Shown one piece after another: positions 60,773 through 64,000 of a stretch of DNA of 64,000 bases. Numbering within the stretch: position 1 is the first letter of the stretch; each line of letters starts with the position of its first letter. The translations under genes and the position numbers were made by a program. The notes below the pieces were generated by a model. That model searched no databases. It was not told the origin of the DNA and saw only the letters and a list, made by a program, of their open reading frames with translations. Source of the DNA: Zancudomyces culisetae HAW-14-8 (taxonomy: Eukaryota; Fungi; Kickxellomycota); assembly GCA_052426225.1 (NCBI GenBank), contig JBNJNM010000013.1:186001-250000 (forward strand), given 5' to 3'.

Positions 60773-62900
60773 TTATCTTTTTTGTTTTAATACTAATAAA
60801 CCGTTTTTCTGAGTTGCTATTCGTTTGACAATGTCAGAAATCCTTTGTTTGTTCAATGGATTGTCCTTGAGCCTGTGCTTGACTTTAGTAATCAAGTCCT
60901 TGGTGGTAATATCACCACCACGAATGAGATTAGCGACCTCTTGCTCAGTAAGAAGGGATGGGTCAACGGGTTGCTGTTGCTGTTGCTGTTGTTGTCTTTG
61001 TTGTTGTTGCTGTTGTTGCTGGGCTAGTGATCTACCTGCGGTATTAACCCCCATTGCTGTGTTATCACTGATACTGGTGCTACTCGCCAGTGTTTTTTGG
61101 TCAGTTGGCTGCCCAGTGGATCCAACAGCTGTTCCAAACAACTGTTGTTGCTGTTGTTGTTGTTGATTATCTCTTTCAGAAGGTTGGGTTTGACCAGCAG
61201 TGGAGTCAGGCTGTTGCTGTTGGGGTGGCTTTTCATCCTCACTTTGTTCAGACTCTTCCGAAATATACGGATTTTCTTCACGATCTGAATCATACACGTC
61301 CGCCTTTTCTCTCTTTTTCATCAACTTCCGTATTCCCTGTCCGGCCTCACCCAGCTTTTTATCATCTTGCTCCTGTTCTTCTTCATTATCTGATCTTTCC
61401 AAATAATTTGCTACCTCCTTTTGTCCCTATTTTATTTGGTTATATTAAAATTAAATAAAATTCATATAAATATCCTGCTATTTAGCATATTCAACCAACA
61501 CCTACCCGACCCTGATCTTCATTCTCGTCTCCCAAATCATCTGCCATCTCCTCATCGTCCTCAAACGCCTCCTCATAATCCAACTCATCTAAATCTCCGT
61601 GCTGCCCAGTTACACGTGTACTCTTTCGACCTCCTCCTTCTTCATCACTATCTCCTCCCGTCCCATCCATGTGATCCACCAATTTTCGTTTGCTTCTTTT
61701 CCCGCCTTTTTTATTTTTCTTCATCTTCTCACTATCCTGCGACGCATTTTCCAGAAGTGCTGATAGCCCAGCTGCCGGACTATTGATATTGCCATTACCA
61801 GTTGCACCTGCCGATGTTGCCGCCTGCTGCATATCTCTTGCTCGTTTTTTCATTAACCACAAATTCTGCGGCTCGTTTTTCTGCACTTTTTTTAGCTCCT
61901 CCTCAGCCTCATCCAATGAAAGTGTCGCATATTTGATTTTCGGCGCAAATTTGTACCATCTTTTTACTGGGACAACCGAAAACCCATCCTCCATCAGCAC
62001 GAAAAACACATACTCGCTTTTTTGTCCACCTTCCAATGTGCCTGTCCATTCTTGTTTACTGTCGAAATCTTCAAGTACCCACGGCCTTGCCTCCTCAATA
62101 TTCAATCGTCGCTGTTGCTCATCTGCAAAATATATCTGTCGCGTTTTCTTTTTGAACAGCTGCTGTTTATTCCTGACACCTCCACCAAAAGGCGCTATTA
62201 TTGAAGTGTCTGCTTTGCTCATTATTCCACCACCACTACTGTTGCCACCTTGCCCTGCTCCTGAACCCGATTCTACTACTACCAGTTTGTCATCTTTAAC
62301 TTTCGAACCGTCTTCTAATCCTCCTGGCGTTCCAGCACTTGCATTCGTATTTGCGTTATGATTGGTACCGGCGTTGGTGTTGGTGTTCGTTCCTGTGGCC
62401 AAGTCATTGTTCGCACCACCATTTCCTCCTTTAGCCGAATAGTTTGGGTTGGTATAACGCTCTTTGCGATGGAGTTTGACTGGTTTAGTAAACGTCTTTG
62501 GATCTATTGTTTGTGCGCTCAAAAACCTCAACACATTATACGTCTTTTCGCGGGATGCAGATACCAGTCTATAGTCTGTAAAAGTCCTACTGTCTTTTAC
62601 CTCCGCTTCTTTTAATGTCTCCTTCAATTGATTTTGTTGTTGTTGTTTCTGTCGTTGAAGATTTAGATATTTATCTCTTTTCATTTGCGCTGCTAGGGTT
62701 AGCCCATCTTGTTCTGTCTCTTTATCGCTATTATGATTTTGGGTTTGATCGGCTTTTGCTCTAGCTGCTTCAAGAATTTGGGAACTCAACACAGAGCTCG
62801 ATATACTAGTCGCTTGCACTTTTACTCGGGGGTCCAGCAGACGCGTTACTTTTTTGTTGAAGAAAAGATTGGGTTTTTTCTTTGGTTTGTTTTGCTCCAT
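60773..62900 (-). CDS. TFG1: TFIIF large subunit (RAP74/Tfg1), 2 exons
   Basis: PVKLHRK, IAPFGG, FKKKTRQ, PWVLEDFD, YVFF..GFSVVPVKRWYKF, LSLDEAEE, LDYEEAFEDDE, C-terminal winged helix. Intron about 61505..61427; poly-Q tracts; start codon uncertain. Confidence 0.92.
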
Positions 62901-63447
62901 CGCTACCACGTTGTTTTTCGCTTTGTTCAATAGATGCTCTGATTTATAATTAGTGGATTTTCCCTGCTTTCCCTCTTGACTGCGCAGTAAACTCTTCAAC
63001 ACCACTTTATTCTGTGTTTTTTAAAAAAAAAATTATTTTAATTATTATTGTTGCTATTGTGTTACCAAAACAGTTAGAGCAGAAATACCAAGATTAAAGT
63101 ATTTTTAACACCATTTTTTCTTTTTTGCAAGACAATTACTGAATTTGGTCCATAGGTGCGTTCCACACTATTTGTTTTTACCCAACGGTGCTGCGGATTT
63201 ATAATTAAAATCTTTGGGGTCTATTTAGCGATTTTTATATCCCGCAAAATATTAACCCGCAGTCTTAAACATTTAAAACTCATCATACCACTTTCACAAG
63301 TCTGTTAACAATTCAAAAAGTATAAATAGTTGTAGATTTCTCATTTAATCGAAACAACAGTTAGTCGTTAACTTAAGAAATATATATACTATAAGAGTTA
63401 AAGCATAAATAAAAGTTAGAAAAGTTGTAAAATCATAAATATAAACA

Positions 63448-64000
63448 ATGAGACGAAAGATTGCTTTTAGCAATAAGAAAAAGAAGGCACAGTTACTCGA
63501 AAAGAGAGCTAGAAAGCGTGCTGATAGAGAACAAGGTTAGCAGCGAGATTTCTACCAAACACCATGTACTGTTGCTCAGCAACACCTTCTATTTCTTTTT
63601 TTAAATTTACTCGTGTTGAGACTTTTGATAAATATATTTAGAACTCGATGCAGAGAGGAGATACTACGAAGAGCTTGAAGGAATTTCGAGGCCAGTAGCA
63701 AAGGAAGAGAATGAACTAAAAAATCAAGTCAAAGAATTGGACCATGCTAAAAATGCCCAATCTGAGAATAAAAAGTAAGACTTCTTATTAGCCTATCAAA
63801 CATGCTGCTTACTCTTATACACTTTTATTAACAATTATAGTAAGCTCACTTCACAGTTTGACAAGCTAACAAAGGATCAGCTTGAGGCCAACAAAAAACG
63901 GGCAATGGAGCCCCTAAAAAGAGGGGACAGTCTCAGCATGAAAAAGTTACTAGAGGTGCCAGCATTAGGTGAAGATGGTGGTTGGAGCAACGAAAATAGC
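63448..64000 (+). CDS. GNL1: 5' part of GNL1-like large GTPase (runs off window)
   Basis: MRRKIAFSNKKKKAQLLEKRARKR resembles the GNL1 N-terminus; later exon LTSQFDKLTKDQLEANKKRAMEPL. Confidence 0.65.

Noticed and set aside
60825-61166. Poly-Cys ORF on the plus strand
   Set aside because: Antisense reading of the TFG1 poly-Gln (CAA/CAG) tracts.
1-64000. Selenoprotein or recoding signals (in-frame TGA, SECIS)
   Set aside because: The gene models I traced close with normal introns and stops; no in-frame TGA or convincing SECIS core was seen.

Overview
AT-rich, intron-containing eukaryotic DNA from a fungus. Gene content, short GT-AG introns and low GC suggest an early-diverging lineage, possibly Kickxellomycotina/Harpellales-like; this is inference only. 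The window holds about 20 mostly housekeeping genes: PRP5-like (partial), DFG10, ARC1, GAL1, NDUFA5, OXP1, a divergent septin, RTC5, PacC/Rim101, NOT3, PAF1, BET1, PEX26, a CaMKK-like kinase, Rab5/Vps21, MRPL22, TFG1 and GNL1 (partial), plus three small orphans. The standout is an intact, very young Ty3/Gypsy LTR retrotransposon (3531-9915) with two apparently identical 689-bp LTRs, a single Gag-Pol ORF and a tRNA-Pro-type PBS. It ends 7 bp upstream of a tRNA-Ser(GCT) gene. A second, different 254-bp solo-LTR-like element with the same TGTTGT...ACAACA termini sits 5 bp before it. Removing both restores a TATA box about 30 bp upstream of the tRNA. Together this suggests repeated, Pol III-targeted integration by a Ty3-like family outside the yeasts. 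All calls were made by reading the sequence; no searches were run.
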